The position numbers and the translations under genes are program-made. 60,609 bases of DNA, from the NCBI GenBank assembly GCA_041737265.1, contig JBGSSC010000475.1, forward strand, positions 1 through 60,609, read 5' to 3'. This stretch comes from Terrimicrobiaceae bacterium. Its GTDB lineage: Bacteria; Verrucomicrobiota; Verrucomicrobiia; Chthoniobacterales; Terrimicrobiaceae. The notes below the pieces were generated by a model, which saw nothing but the letters and a program-made list of their open reading frames with translations, had not been told where the DNA came from and ran no database searches. This document shows, piece after piece, positions 7,786 through 17,512 of this stretch (the first letter of the stretch is position 1; each line of letters begins with the position of its first letter).

Positions 7786-10700
7786 ATGCACAAACGTTTC
7801 TTCTCCCTTTCTAACAAAGTATCCGCTCTGGGCCTCGCAGTTTTTTGCCTGGCCGCCTCCGGTTGTGATAGCAAGCCCGAGCAATCCGCGAAGCCTGTCG
7901 ATCCGCAGAAGATCGAGACAAACCCCGACGCTGGTAAAAAGGCACTCACGGTTCCGGTCATTCCGAATTCCTCCTTTGAGCAGGGCGCCGATGGCAAGCC
8001 CCTCGGATGGAGCGGGGTGGGAAAAGTGGCCTGGAGTCAAGGTGATGCGGCCGACGGCACCGGGTATGTCTCTGTTTCCTCCGGCATTGCCTCCAACGAG
8101 GCAGAGGGAGTCTCGGGTGAAATCGGCTGGCTGAGCGATCCGGTGAGTTTGGTGCCGGGAGTCGCTTATGAACTGCGGTTTCGCTGCCGTTACCGTCCAG
8201 AGAATCTCTTTGCTCCTGCCCACGCTTTTGTGGGACCGGAATGTGCCCGGCAACTCATTCCCCTAGAGGGTTCTCAACTGGTCTCGCCCTGGCGTTCCCA
8301 CTCCGTGCGTTTCGTTGCCCCGGCTGCGCCTCCCACCAATGGCCAGCGGATTTTTCTCGGACAACATCAGCTCAAGGGAACGATCGATTACGATGGCATC
8401 GAATTGTATCCCATTAAACTCGCCGAGTCGTCCGTCGATGGGATGTTGCTCGGACAAGGTGAACGTATCGCAGGAAATGCTTACACTTTCACGGCTCCCT
8501 TCGGCGATAAAGCGTTTCGCAATGTCAGCCGGGCATTGGAGTCGTGTAACAACGTCTTCCACGGAAACCGCTGGCGGTTCAGCAACCCGGCTGACAGCGT
8601 TGTTTATCGGCACGAAATCGCCGGACGCAAGCAACTCTCCGCCGCGCTCGCCTTGGGGATGATGTTCCACGAACCCACGAGTTGGGGACTCGGCGTCGAG
8701 GTCTCAACCAACGGCAAGGACTTCCGGAAGGTCACAACGATCAAACAAAACAGCCCGACCAAAGTGGAGATTCCTGCGGACTTATTGCCGGCTTCCACGG
8801 TTTGGGTCCGTTTGAGCAATGACACCACAGATCCTTCCAAGCCGGTGTTTTTTCAAGTGACCGGCTATGAATACACCGCCACTCTTGACGGAGCTCCGAT
8901 CACAGCGACCGGCCAGACGGCCGCGTTGACGGTGCTGGGTGAAGATGCGGCGGCTGAAATTCAACCGCTGGCATCCAATTCCTCGCAAGCCGTCTTCTCA
9001 CTCACCGCCCGCAACCTGGGAAAAGAGCCCATTGAAATCTCCCCTGTATTAGCGGTGAGCCACGATAATTCTGAGGAAAAAACTTACAGCGGAGTTCCGG
9101 CAAAATTGGCCCCGGGTGAAACGACGAACGTAGCAATCCCTTACTCCACCGACGCGGCCGGCTTTTACAATCTTCAGTTCAGCCTCGGCAAAAATCTCAA
9201 CACGCGTCTGGCAACCACGACCTTCGTGCCGATCATTGATGCCAACAACTATGGCGAGTTGCTTCCCTCGGCTTCACCAGGAGTCGGACTCTGGTGGGCT
9301 TCGTCGGGTTGGAAAGTCAACCAAACGCGTCCGCTCCCCACAGCCAAGGGAGAGGCGGTTCGAATCACTTTGGCCGGTAACGAGGCCGAGTCCGCTCAGA
9401 TCGTGGTAAGGCCCGACGCCGCACTCACTGGTCTCACGGCCACCGTCGGAGAACTGCGCTCCGCCTCTGGCGCTGTGCTTCCTGCGGACGCCACCGACGT
9501 GTTGAGGGTAGGATATGTGAAAGTCGAGATCGCCTCCGACGAGTTCGGTAGCGTAGGCAACTGGCCAGACCCACTCCCTCCGTTGAAGAAGGATGGAATC
9601 AATGTCCCTGCGGGCCAGAACCAGCCGCTCTGGATTCAGGTCAAGGCTCCGGCTAACACTCCTCCCGGCGTGTATCGCGGCCAGATCACCGTTAAAGCCG
9701 ATGGATTTGAAAGTAGCGTTCCATTGGAGGTCGAGGTTTATGGCTTTTCCCTTCCGGATAAGACCACTTGCCGAACACTCTTCGGGCTCAGAGCGGGACG
9801 CATTTGGGACTATCAGCGCCTCCAGAGCGATGCCGACAAGCGCACCGTCTGGGCCAAATATATGCGCCTTTTTAGCGATCATCGGATCAGCCCCTACGAT
9901 CCTGCGCCAGTCGACGGTTTTACTTATCGATTCCCGGTCGGCCACGATTTCTGGGACGGAGCAAAAATCTCCGACGCTCAGGCGCACGACGGAACGAAGT
10001 CGATGCTGGTCGAGGACCAGACCGATGCCGGAAACCCCCAAGTCTCCAGCGTCGATCCGATTCCAATGACCGGGCAAGCTCTCAAAATCAGTCTCTGGTA
10101 TCAAACGGCGAAACCGGATCAATCGGCCCTCGTGGTCCTAGGATTCCTCAACGGCGCAGGCCAACACCTACCGGGTAAAAATATTCTCTTCGAGCTCCCA
10201 GCGGCAACGTCGTGGACACGTTTTGAACAGGCGATCCCGAGCGTTCCTGCGGGTGCGACCGCGCTACGCATCCATCTCCAGGCATCCCCCTTTACGGAAA
10301 AAGGGGAAGCCCTCGGCACCCTCTGGGTCGATGAGATTTCGTTGAAGGACTCCGGCAACGGCAAGGAACTCATCGCCGATGGAAGCATGGAAACCGGAAG
10401 GTCGCCGGGGAATTCGACCGAGGTTGTCTTTGATTGGGCGGCGTGGGATACGGCGATGACCGAGGCCATCGATGTTTACCACTTTAATTCCTTCGTTCTG
10501 GGGGTTCCTGGGCTGGGTAGCGGCACCTTCCACGACAAAGCCGTGGGTTCGCTCGCCGGTTATGCCATGGGCACGCCCGAACACCGTGCCCTCTTCCGCG
10601 CCTGGTGTGCCGCCGCCCGCTCGCATCTGGAGGCCAAGGGATGGTTGGATAAGGCGGTCAGCTACTCATTCGATGAACCGGCAGAAAAAGATTATCCCTT

Positions 10701-11454
10701 TGTGATCGATCAACTTCGACTCTTGAAAGAGGATTTTCCGGGACTGCGGCGTATGGTGCCGATGAATCGTGGTTCCGCCCCCGACTTTATCAACTGGGTG
10801 GACTATTGGTGCCCGATTCTCAACTCCTTCGATCCGGTGTTTGCCCGGGAGCGCCAGAAGGCAGGTGACATTTTCACCTGGTATATCTGCACCGCGCCCC
10901 GCGCCCCCTACGTCGCCTCTTTTATCGACCGTCCGGCCACCGATCTACGCGTCTGGCTCTGGCAAAGTTGGCAGGCGCAAGTTGAAGGTATTCTTCTCTG
11001 GGAATCCAATTATTGGTCGAGCCCTAACGCCTACCCGGATACTCGCCAAAATCCTTATGAGGACTCCATGAGCTGGGTTGAGGGTTACGGGTTGGCGACC
11101 GGAGAGAAGCGTCCCTTTGCCGCTGGCGACGGAAGATTGATCTACCCCCCGGAGGCCTGCTTCGACGGCAGCGACGGCCCGGTGCTTGACGGACCCGTCT
11201 CGTCCATCCGCCTAGAAGCCCAGCGCGATGGCATCGAGGACTATGAATACCTCGTTATGTTGAAACGGATCCTCGGCGAAAAGCGAGATGCTCTTACGCC
11301 TGATCAAGTCGCGAGCTATGAAAAACTTTTGGAAGTGCCCGGAGAAATTACCGCAGGCCTAACCAGCTATACGACGGACCCTGTGCCAATCGCAGCCCGC
11401 CGCCAGGAAGTCGCCGAAGCCTTGGAAAGTCTCACCGATGAAACCAATCGCTAA
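7786..11454 (+). CDS. large surface lipoprotein with CBM4/9-like modules and a DUF4091 (GH123-like) C-terminal region, copy 1
   Basis: Lipobox LAVFCLAASG-C. It has jelly-roll CBM-like starts (IPNSSFEQGADGKPLGWSG...) and a second inserted module ending ...LWVDEISLKD. The C-terminal block SSIRLEAQRDGIEDYEYLVML is what I associate with DUF4091, the domain shared with GH123 beta-N-acetylgalactosaminidases. Confidence 0.7.
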   Translation: MHKRFFSLSNKVSALGLAVFCLAASGCDSKPEQSAKPVDPQKIETNPDAGKKALTVPVIPNSSFEQGADGKPLGWSGVGKVAWSQGDAADGTGYVSVSSGIASNEAEGVSGEIGWLSDPVSLVPGVAYELRFRCRYRPENLFAPAHAFVGPECARQLIPLEGSQLVSPWRSHSVRFVAPAAPPTNGQRIFLGQHQLKGTIDYDGIELYPIKLAESSVDGMLLGQGERIAGNAYTFTAPFGDKAFRNVSRALESCNNVFHGNRWRFSNPADSVVYRHEIAGRKQLSAALALGMMFHEPTSWGLGVEVSTNGKDFRKVTTIKQNSPTKVEIPADLLPASTVWVRLSNDTTDPSKPVFFQVTGYEYTATLDGAPITATGQTAALTVLGEDAAAEIQPLASNSSQAVFSLTARNLGKEPIEISPVLAVSHDNSEEKTYSGVPAKLAPGETTNVAIPYSTDAAGFYNLQFSLGKNLNTRLATTTFVPIIDANNYGELLPSASPGVGLWWASSGWKVNQTRPLPTAKGEAVRITLAGNEAESAQIVVRPDAALTGLTATVGELRSASGAVLPADATDVLRVGYVKVEIASDEFGSVGNWPDPLPPLKKDGINVPAGQNQPLWIQVKAPANTPPGVYRGQITVKADGFESSVPLEVEVYGFSLPDKTTCRTLFGLRAGRIWDYQRLQSDADKRTVWAKYMRLFSDHRISPYDPAPVDGFTYRFPVGHDFWDGAKISDAQAHDGTKSMLVEDQTDAGNPQVSSVDPIPMTGQALKISLWYQTAKPDQSALVVLGFLNGAGQHLPGKNILFELPAATSWTRFEQAIPSVPAGATALRIHLQASPFTEKGEALGTLWVDEISLKDSGNGKELIADGSMETGRSPGNSTEVVFDWAAWDTAMTEAIDVYHFNSFVLGVPGLGSGTFHDKAVGSLAGYAMGTPEHRALFRAWCAAARSHLEAKGWLDKAVSYSFDEPAEKDYPFVIDQLRLLKEDFPGLRRMVPMNRGSAPDFINWVDYWCPILNSFDPVFARERQKAGDIFTWYICTAPRAPYVASFIDRPATDLRVWLWQSWQAQVEGILLWESNYWSSPNAYPDTRQNPYEDSMSWVEGYGLATGEKRPFAAGDGRLIYPPEACFDGSDGPVLDGPVSSIRLEAQRDGIEDYEYLVMLKRILGEKRDALTPDQVASYEKLLEVPGEITAGLTSYTTDPVPIAARRQEVAEALESLTDETNR
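7828..11430 (+). repeat. direct repeat copy 1 (~3.6 kb) of the DUF4091 lipoprotein gene
   Basis: It is colinear with 13810-17409. Long stretches are nucleotide-identical (e.g. 7921-8100 vs 13897-14080), and roughly nine of ten residues are identical by eye. Signal-peptide N-termini and the last ~10 codons differ. Confidence 0.85.
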
Positions 11455-13312
11455 CCAGGAAAATTTGACCGCAAAACTCCATCGCTACGAGGGAGCCGCT
11501 CTCTGCGAGGAAATTCGTCTGCCCATCACTTCGTCGCCGCAGGCTTGTGAAGCGCACTCCATTCCCGTCACGGCCACTCTGACCAAGCTGACCCTGCCCA
11601 CGTATGCGGTCAGGCAGCGATCTCAGCTGCCTCCGCTTTTCGACGGGGATAACGTCTACCCGTTTTCGATCTACCCGTTCGACAGCGCGCTGGAGAACAA
11701 CCCGGTGCCAAGTCTCGTGGACTACCAATCGGTTGAGCTTAACAACGGCCTTATCAAGGTGACCGTTCTCCCCTCACTCGGCGGGCGAATTTACCAGATC
11801 GAAGATGTGCGGACCGGCGGATTGTATCTCCACGAAAATCGTTGCGTGCGGCCTACGCGCGTTCCGCCGCGCTGGAATTTCATCAGCCTCGGTATCGAGC
11901 ATAATTTCCCCTATGCTCATTCCCCGACCGGCAACGAGCCCGTCGGATGCGAGTTGCTGTCCCGGGATGATGGTGCGGCAGGTGTGGCGATGGGATGCCG
12001 CGAGCCTCAATGGGGACTGAGTTGGCGTTGTGAGGTGTGGCTGCATCCAGGGTTTCGCGGCGTGGTGGTTTCCACCCGTTGCTGGAACGATACCGACACT
12101 GCGCGAAAGGTGCAGTGGTGGAGCAATTGTGCGCAGCCCGGCGGCAGTGATACCGAGTTTGTTTATCCTCAGGAGCCGTATGAAGCTCATATCGATGGAC
12201 AGGGAAATGGCATTTGGCCCATGTTTCATGGCATCGACCTGCGTTGGCACCGGAATTACGACCGCATGGTCGGCGTGTTTTTGAAACCCACCGCGACGGA
12301 TTGGTTCGGCATTTATCATCATCTGCGGGACTGGGGGCTTCTTCACTTGGCCGATCCTGCGAAATTGCCCGGCAAAAAACTCTGGAGCTTCGGGAATTCC
12401 GGGCCGACGGCCGATTGGTCGCTCACGATGACCCGCGACGGTGATCAGAATGTCGAAATTCAGGCAGGCGTTCCCGAATTACAATCCGAGTCGCTCGACT
12501 TGGCGCCGGGCGGAGATTTCTCGTTTGAGGAAATGTGGATACCGATGGATGACCGAAGCGATTTCGAGGACGGCAAGCGCCCGGTCTTCGCCTCCATAGC
12601 CGCCGAAATCGGTGGGATCGCCGCGCCTCCTCGGAAATTGCCTGCTGGCCAACCCGTTAGCGTGTGGGAGGACCTGATCGTTGCGTTTCAAACGGCACAG
12701 TCCGACTTTTTATTAGTTGAGAGAAATCACGCCGGAGCTTCCTGGCCACCGGCGAGTCTCGCTCTTGGAGAGCCCTTGGCCTGGGCCGCAGCCTCCGGAG
12801 ACGAAACTTGGATGGTGGCACGCGCCGTCTGGTTGGCTGCATGCGACCGCTGGGACGAGGCGCTTCAGGCCCTCGCAGACGTTATCGACAGGCACCCTGA
12901 TTCGTTTTCTGCCCACGCCCTTATGGGCCTGTTGAAATGGAAAAAACAGGCCGATCCTGTCGCGGGTCGCCACTTCTTGTTCCGGGCGCTTGATCTGAAT
13001 TTCGAGAACAGCACCGCCTGTCACCTCGATGCACTTTTAAAAGAACAAGGCGATCTCGCTAGCCGGCAGTCATTGCTTGGGCGTTGGGCGCTCAAAGAAG
13101 ATTATCGCTTTAACGAGATTTTTGCCGAACTACTCCTTGATTCGGGAGATGCGCGGGGTTGTCTCAAGTTTCTGGAATCCCGAACCTGGTCGCGACACCA
13201 TTGCCGTCATCGGCGGACGAAAATGTGGGTGGCTGCGAGGGCAGTCCTAGGGCTGGCCACTGAGCCGGTGCCTGCTTCCCTTGGCGAAGATCCATACCTG
13301 GTGGGAAGATAA
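11438..13312 (+). CDS. DUF5107-like protein with C-terminal TPR-like helical region
   Basis: ATG 11438 overlaps the upstream gene by 17 nt. The block ELNNGLIKVTVLPSLGGRIYQIEDVRTGGLYLHENRCVRPTRVPPRWNFISLGIEHNFPYAHSPTG matches my recollection of DUF5107. The C-terminal ~200 aa are helical-repeat-like. No signal peptide. Confidence 0.55.
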   Translation: MKPIANQENLTAKLHRYEGAALCEEIRLPITSSPQACEAHSIPVTATLTKLTLPTYAVRQRSQLPPLFDGDNVYPFSIYPFDSALENNPVPSLVDYQSVELNNGLIKVTVLPSLGGRIYQIEDVRTGGLYLHENRCVRPTRVPPRWNFISLGIEHNFPYAHSPTGNEPVGCELLSRDDGAAGVAMGCREPQWGLSWRCEVWLHPGFRGVVVSTRCWNDTDTARKVQWWSNCAQPGGSDTEFVYPQEPYEAHIDGQGNGIWPMFHGIDLRWHRNYDRMVGVFLKPTATDWFGIYHHLRDWGLLHLADPAKLPGKKLWSFGNSGPTADWSLTMTRDGDQNVEIQAGVPELQSESLDLAPGGDFSFEEMWIPMDDRSDFEDGKRPVFASIAAEIGGIAAPPRKLPAGQPVSVWEDLIVAFQTAQSDFLLVERNHAGASWPPASLALGEPLAWAAASGDETWMVARAVWLAACDRWDEALQALADVIDRHPDSFSAHALMGLLKWKKQADPVAGRHFLFRALDLNFENSTACHLDALLKEQGDLASRQSLLGRWALKEDYRFNEIFAELLLDSGDARGCLKFLESRTWSRHHCRHRRTKMWVAARAVLGLATEPVPASLGEDPYLVGR

Positions 13313-13384
13313 AGAATAAACTCCAGGCTCTGCCGTCCCAACGCTCCAGAAACATGATCAAAACGAACGCTAAACCAACGCACA

Positions 13385-13734
13385 GGGTTGACGCCGGAAG
13401 CACCATCATCCGCCTCGAAGCCCAGCGAGATGGCATCGAGGACTATTATACCTCGTCAGCCGATGCCATATCGGTTGCCGGGAGCGAGCTGGATTCTACG
13501 TCTTCCTCGTCGCAGCCTTCGGCCAACGCCGAACCGCTCTTTCTGATTGTCAACAATAGTCGGAACATCGAACCCAGTGCATTTAAGTCCGTATCCGTAA
13601 ACGATGGCTATCCGGCCGACCCGAATAATCTCGTCGTTGAGGGGGCTAAGATTTCACCTGGTTTACAATTTAAACTTCAACAGTCCGGACTCGGACAACC
13701 CAGCCGACGATATCGCCTAGTGCCTCTCGGTTAA
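13385..13734 (+). pseudogene. mosaic relic: DUF4091-gene 3' fragment fused to PATR-gene 3' fragment (frameshifted)
   Basis: 13385-13455 (VDAGSTIIRLEAQRDGIEDYY) matches 11185-11255 of the DUF4091 gene (VLDGPVSSIRLEAQRDGIEDYEY). 13456-13734 (SVAGSELDSTSSSSQPSANAEPLFLIVNNSRNIEPSAFKSVSVNDG...) matches the PATR C-terminus at ~5800-6083. The last ~25 codons match only after a +1 shift (RFHLVYNLNFNSPDSDNPADDIA* vs KFRLVYNANFNGPGSDRLANDIA). Confidence 0.75.
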
Positions 13735-13785
13735 CGTTTTTGAATTATACAAAACCCTCAAATTGAGCACCTGAAAAAATCTTTT

Positions 13786-16700
13786 ATGATAAAACTATAC
13801 GCCCTCAGCTTTGCCGTCTTTTGCCTAGTCGCCTCCGGTTGTGATCGCAAACCCGAGCCATCCGAGAAGCCTGTCGAGCCGCAGAAGACGGAGACAAACC
13901 CAGACGATGGTAAAAAAGCGCTCACGGTTCCGGTCATTCCGAGTTCCTCCTTTGAGCAGGGCGCCGATGGCAAGCCCCTCGGATGGAGCGGGGTCGGAAA
14001 AGTGGCTTGGAGTCAAGGTGATGCAGCCGACGGCACCGGGTATGTCTCTGTTTCCTCCGGCATTGCCTCCAACGAGGCAGAGGGAGTCTCGGGTGAAATC
14101 GGCTGGCTGAGCGATCCGGTGAGCCTGATGCCTGGAGTCGCTTACGAACTGCGCTTTCGCTGCCGTTACCGTCCAGAGAATCTCTTTGCTCCAGCCAATG
14201 CTTTTGTGGGACCGGAATGTGCCCGGCTCCTCATTCCCTTGGAGGCCTCTCAACTGGTCTCGCCTTGGCGTTCCCACTCCGTGCGCTTCGTCGCCCCGGC
14301 TGCGCCTCCCACTAATGGTCAGCGGATTTTTCTCGGGCAATATCAGCTCAAGGGCACAATCGATTACGATGGGATCGAATTGTATCCCATCAAATTGGCC
14401 GAGTCGTCCGTCGATGGGATGTTGCTCGGACAAGGTGAACGCATCACAGGAAATAATTACACTTTCACGGCTCCCTTCGGCGATAAAACGTTTCGCAATG
14501 TCAGCCGGGCATTGGAGTCGTGTAACAACGTCTTCCACGAAAACCGCTGGCGGTTCAGCAACCCGGGTGACAGCGTCGTGTATCGGCATGAAATCGCTGG
14601 ACGCAAGCAACTCTCTGCCGCGCTCTCTCTGAGCGTCATGTTCCACGAAACAACGAGTTGGGGACTCGGCGTAGAGGTCTCAACCAATGGCAAAGACTTC
14701 CGGCAGGTCGCCACTATTAAACAAGGAAGCCCGACTAAGGTGGCGATTCCCGCGGACTTGTTGCCGGCGTCCACGGTATGGGTCCGTTTGAGCAATGACA
14801 CCTCGGATCCTTCCAAGCCGGTGTTTTTTCAAGTGCCCGGCTATGACTACACCGCGACTCTGGATGGAGCTCCAGTCATAGCGACCGGCCAGACGTCCGC
14901 GTTGACGGTGCTGGGCGAAGATGCGGCAGTTGAGGTTCAACCGCTGGTATCCAATTCCTCGCAGGCCGTCTTCTCACTGACCGCCCGCAACGTGGGAAAA
15001 GAGCCCATCGAAATCTCTCCCACGTTAACGGTGAGCCACGATGATTCTGAGGGAAAAGCTTACAGCGGTGTTCCGGCGAAATTGGCCCCGGGCGAAACGG
15101 CGAACGTGGCAATCCCTTACTCCACCGACGCGGCGGGCTTTTACAAACTTCAGTTCAGTCTCGGAAAAAATCTCAACACCCGCCTGGCGACCACGACCTT
15201 CGTGCCGATCATCGATGCCAACAACTATGGCGAGTTGCTTCCCTCGGCTTCACCGGGAGTTGGACTCTGGTGGGCATCGTCGGGTTGGAAAGTCAACCAA
15301 ACGCGCCCGCTCCCCACAGCCAAGGGTGAGGCGGTTCGAATCAGTGTGGCTGGCAACGAGGCTGAGGCCGCTCAGATCGTGGTAAGGCCCGACGCCGCAC
15401 TCACTGGTCTCACGGCCACCGTCGGAGAACTGCGCACCGAATCCGGGGCGGGGCTTCCTGCGGACGCCACGGACGTGCTGAGGGTAGGATATGTGAACGT
15501 AGAGATCGCCTCCGACGAGTTCGGTAGTGTAGGCAACTGGCCAGACCCACTCCCTCCGTTAAAGAAGGATGGAATCAATGTCCCTGCGGGCCAGAACCAG
15601 CCGCTCTGGATTCAGGTCAAGGCTCCAGCTAACACTCCTCCCGGCGTGTATCGCGGCCAGATCACCGTTAATGCCGACGGATTCGAAAGCAGCGTTCCAT
15701 TGGAGGTTGAGGTTTATGGATTTTCCCTTCCGGACACCACGACTTGCCGGACATTGTTCGGGCTCAACGCGGGACGCATTTGGGACTATCAGCGCCTCCA
15801 GAGCGATGCCGACAAGCGCACCGTCTGGGCCAAATATATGCGCCTCTTTAGCGATCATCGGATCAGTCCCTACGATCCTGCGCCAGTCGACGGTTTTACT
15901 TATCGATTCCCGGTCGGCCACGATTTCTGGGACGGAGCAAAAATCTCCGACGCTCAGGCGCACGACGGAACGAAGTCTTTGTTGGTTGAAGATTCGAGCG
16001 ATTCAGCGAATCCCCAAGTTTACAGCGTCAAGCCGATCGGCATCACAGGGAAACCGCTCCAACTCAGCCTGTGGTATCAAACGGAAAAGGCGGATCAACC
16101 AGCCCTGGTGGTCCTAGGATTCCTCAACGGCGCAGGCCAACAACTACCGGGTAAAAATATTCTCTTCGAGCTCCCAGCCGCAGCGTCGTGGACACGTTTT
16201 GAACAGGCGATCCCGAGTGTTCCTGCGGGGGCGACGGCGCTACGCATCTATCTCCAGGCCTCCCCTTGGACGGAAAAAGGCGAGGCCCTTGGCACCCTTC
16301 GGGTCGACGAGATTTCGTTGAAGGACTCCGGCAACGCCGAGGAACTCATCGCCGATGGAAGCATAGAGACCGGAAGGTCGCCGGGGAATTCGACCGAGGT
16401 TGTCTTTGATTGGGCGGCGTGGGATGCCGCCATGACCGAGGCGATGGACGTTTACCACTTTAATTCCTTCCTGCTAAGTGTTCCAGGCTTGGGTAGCGGC
16501 ACCTTCCACGACAAAGCCGTGGGCTCACTCGCCGGTTATGCCATGGGAACGCCCGAACACCGAGCACTCTTCCGCGCGTGGTGTGCCGCCGCCCGCTCGC
16601 ATCTGGAGGCCAAGGGGTGGTTGGATAAGGCGGTCTGCTATCCATTCGATGAGCCTGCGGAAAAGGACTATCCCTTTGTCATTGGGCAGTTGCGTCTCCT

Positions 16701-17430
16701 GAAAGAGGATTTTCCAGGACTGCGGCGCATGGTGCCAATGAATCGTGGTTCCGCTCCCGACTTTATCAACTGGGTGGACTATTGGTGCCCGATTTTGAGC
16801 ACCTTTGATCCGGTGTTTGCCAGGGAGCGCCAGAAGGCAGGTGACATTTTCACCTGGTATATCTGCACCGCGCCCCGCGCCCCCTACATCGCTGCTTTTA
16901 TTGACCGCCCTGCCACCGATCTACGCGTTTGGCTCTGGCAAAGCTGGCTGGCCAACATCGAAGGCATTCTCATCTGGGAATCCAATTGGTGGACGAGCCC
17001 CACGGCCTACCCGGATGCTCGCCAAAATCCTTATGAGGACTCCATGAGTTGGGTCGGGGGTTACGGGGTGGCGACCGGAGAGAAACAGCCATGGGCCGCT
17101 GGAGACGGACGACTTATCTACCCGCCGGAAGCCTGCTTCGACGGTGGCACTGGTCCGGTGCTTGATGGACCCGTCTCGTCCATCCGCCTCGAAGCCCAGC
17201 GCGATGGCATCGAGGACTGTGAATACCTCGTCATGCTCAAAACACTGCTGGCTGAAAAACGCGGGACGCTGACGCCCGATCAAGTCGCACGCTATGAAAA
17301 ACTGTTGGAAGTGCCCGGAGAAATTACCGCCGGCCTGACCAGCTATACGACGAGCCCTGAGCCAATCGCAGCCCGCCGTCAGGAAGTCGCCACAGCTCTG
17401 GAAGAGCTAACCAACAGTCCCGCTCGCTAA
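13786..17430 (+). CDS. large surface lipoprotein, CBM4/9-like plus DUF4091 (GH123-like), copy 2
   Basis: Lipobox FCLVASG-C. It is colinear with and highly similar to 7786..11454 over the full length. The inserted CBM-like module (~16000-16100) is the most diverged segment. Confidence 0.7.
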   Translation: MIKLYALSFAVFCLVASGCDRKPEPSEKPVEPQKTETNPDDGKKALTVPVIPSSSFEQGADGKPLGWSGVGKVAWSQGDAADGTGYVSVSSGIASNEAEGVSGEIGWLSDPVSLMPGVAYELRFRCRYRPENLFAPANAFVGPECARLLIPLEASQLVSPWRSHSVRFVAPAAPPTNGQRIFLGQYQLKGTIDYDGIELYPIKLAESSVDGMLLGQGERITGNNYTFTAPFGDKTFRNVSRALESCNNVFHENRWRFSNPGDSVVYRHEIAGRKQLSAALSLSVMFHETTSWGLGVEVSTNGKDFRQVATIKQGSPTKVAIPADLLPASTVWVRLSNDTSDPSKPVFFQVPGYDYTATLDGAPVIATGQTSALTVLGEDAAVEVQPLVSNSSQAVFSLTARNVGKEPIEISPTLTVSHDDSEGKAYSGVPAKLAPGETANVAIPYSTDAAGFYKLQFSLGKNLNTRLATTTFVPIIDANNYGELLPSASPGVGLWWASSGWKVNQTRPLPTAKGEAVRISVAGNEAEAAQIVVRPDAALTGLTATVGELRTESGAGLPADATDVLRVGYVNVEIASDEFGSVGNWPDPLPPLKKDGINVPAGQNQPLWIQVKAPANTPPGVYRGQITVNADGFESSVPLEVEVYGFSLPDTTTCRTLFGLNAGRIWDYQRLQSDADKRTVWAKYMRLFSDHRISPYDPAPVDGFTYRFPVGHDFWDGAKISDAQAHDGTKSLLVEDSSDSANPQVYSVKPIGITGKPLQLSLWYQTEKADQPALVVLGFLNGAGQQLPGKNILFELPAAASWTRFEQAIPSVPAGATALRIYLQASPWTEKGEALGTLRVDEISLKDSGNAEELIADGSIETGRSPGNSTEVVFDWAAWDAAMTEAMDVYHFNSFLLSVPGLGSGTFHDKAVGSLAGYAMGTPEHRALFRAWCAAARSHLEAKGWLDKAVCYPFDEPAEKDYPFVIGQLRLLKEDFPGLRRMVPMNRGSAPDFINWVDYWCPILSTFDPVFARERQKAGDIFTWYICTAPRAPYIAAFIDRPATDLRVWLWQSWLANIEGILIWESNWWTSPTAYPDARQNPYEDSMSWVGGYGVATGEKQPWAAGDGRLIYPPEACFDGGTGPVLDGPVSSIRLEAQRDGIEDCEYLVMLKTLLAEKRGTLTPDQVARYEKLLEVPGEITAGLTSYTTSPEPIAARRQEVATALEELTNSPAR
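13810..17409 (+). repeat. direct repeat copy 2 (~3.6 kb) of the DUF4091 lipoprotein gene
   Basis: See copy 1 (7828-11430). The copies are separated by the DUF5107 gene and the mosaic relic. Confidence 0.85.
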
Positions 17431-17512
17431 CCCAAAAGGGTGCAACCCAAAAATCGATGTCTTGCAGCCGGAACACTGTCTGCGCCACGGAGATATTGGA
17501 CGTGCGTTTTTA

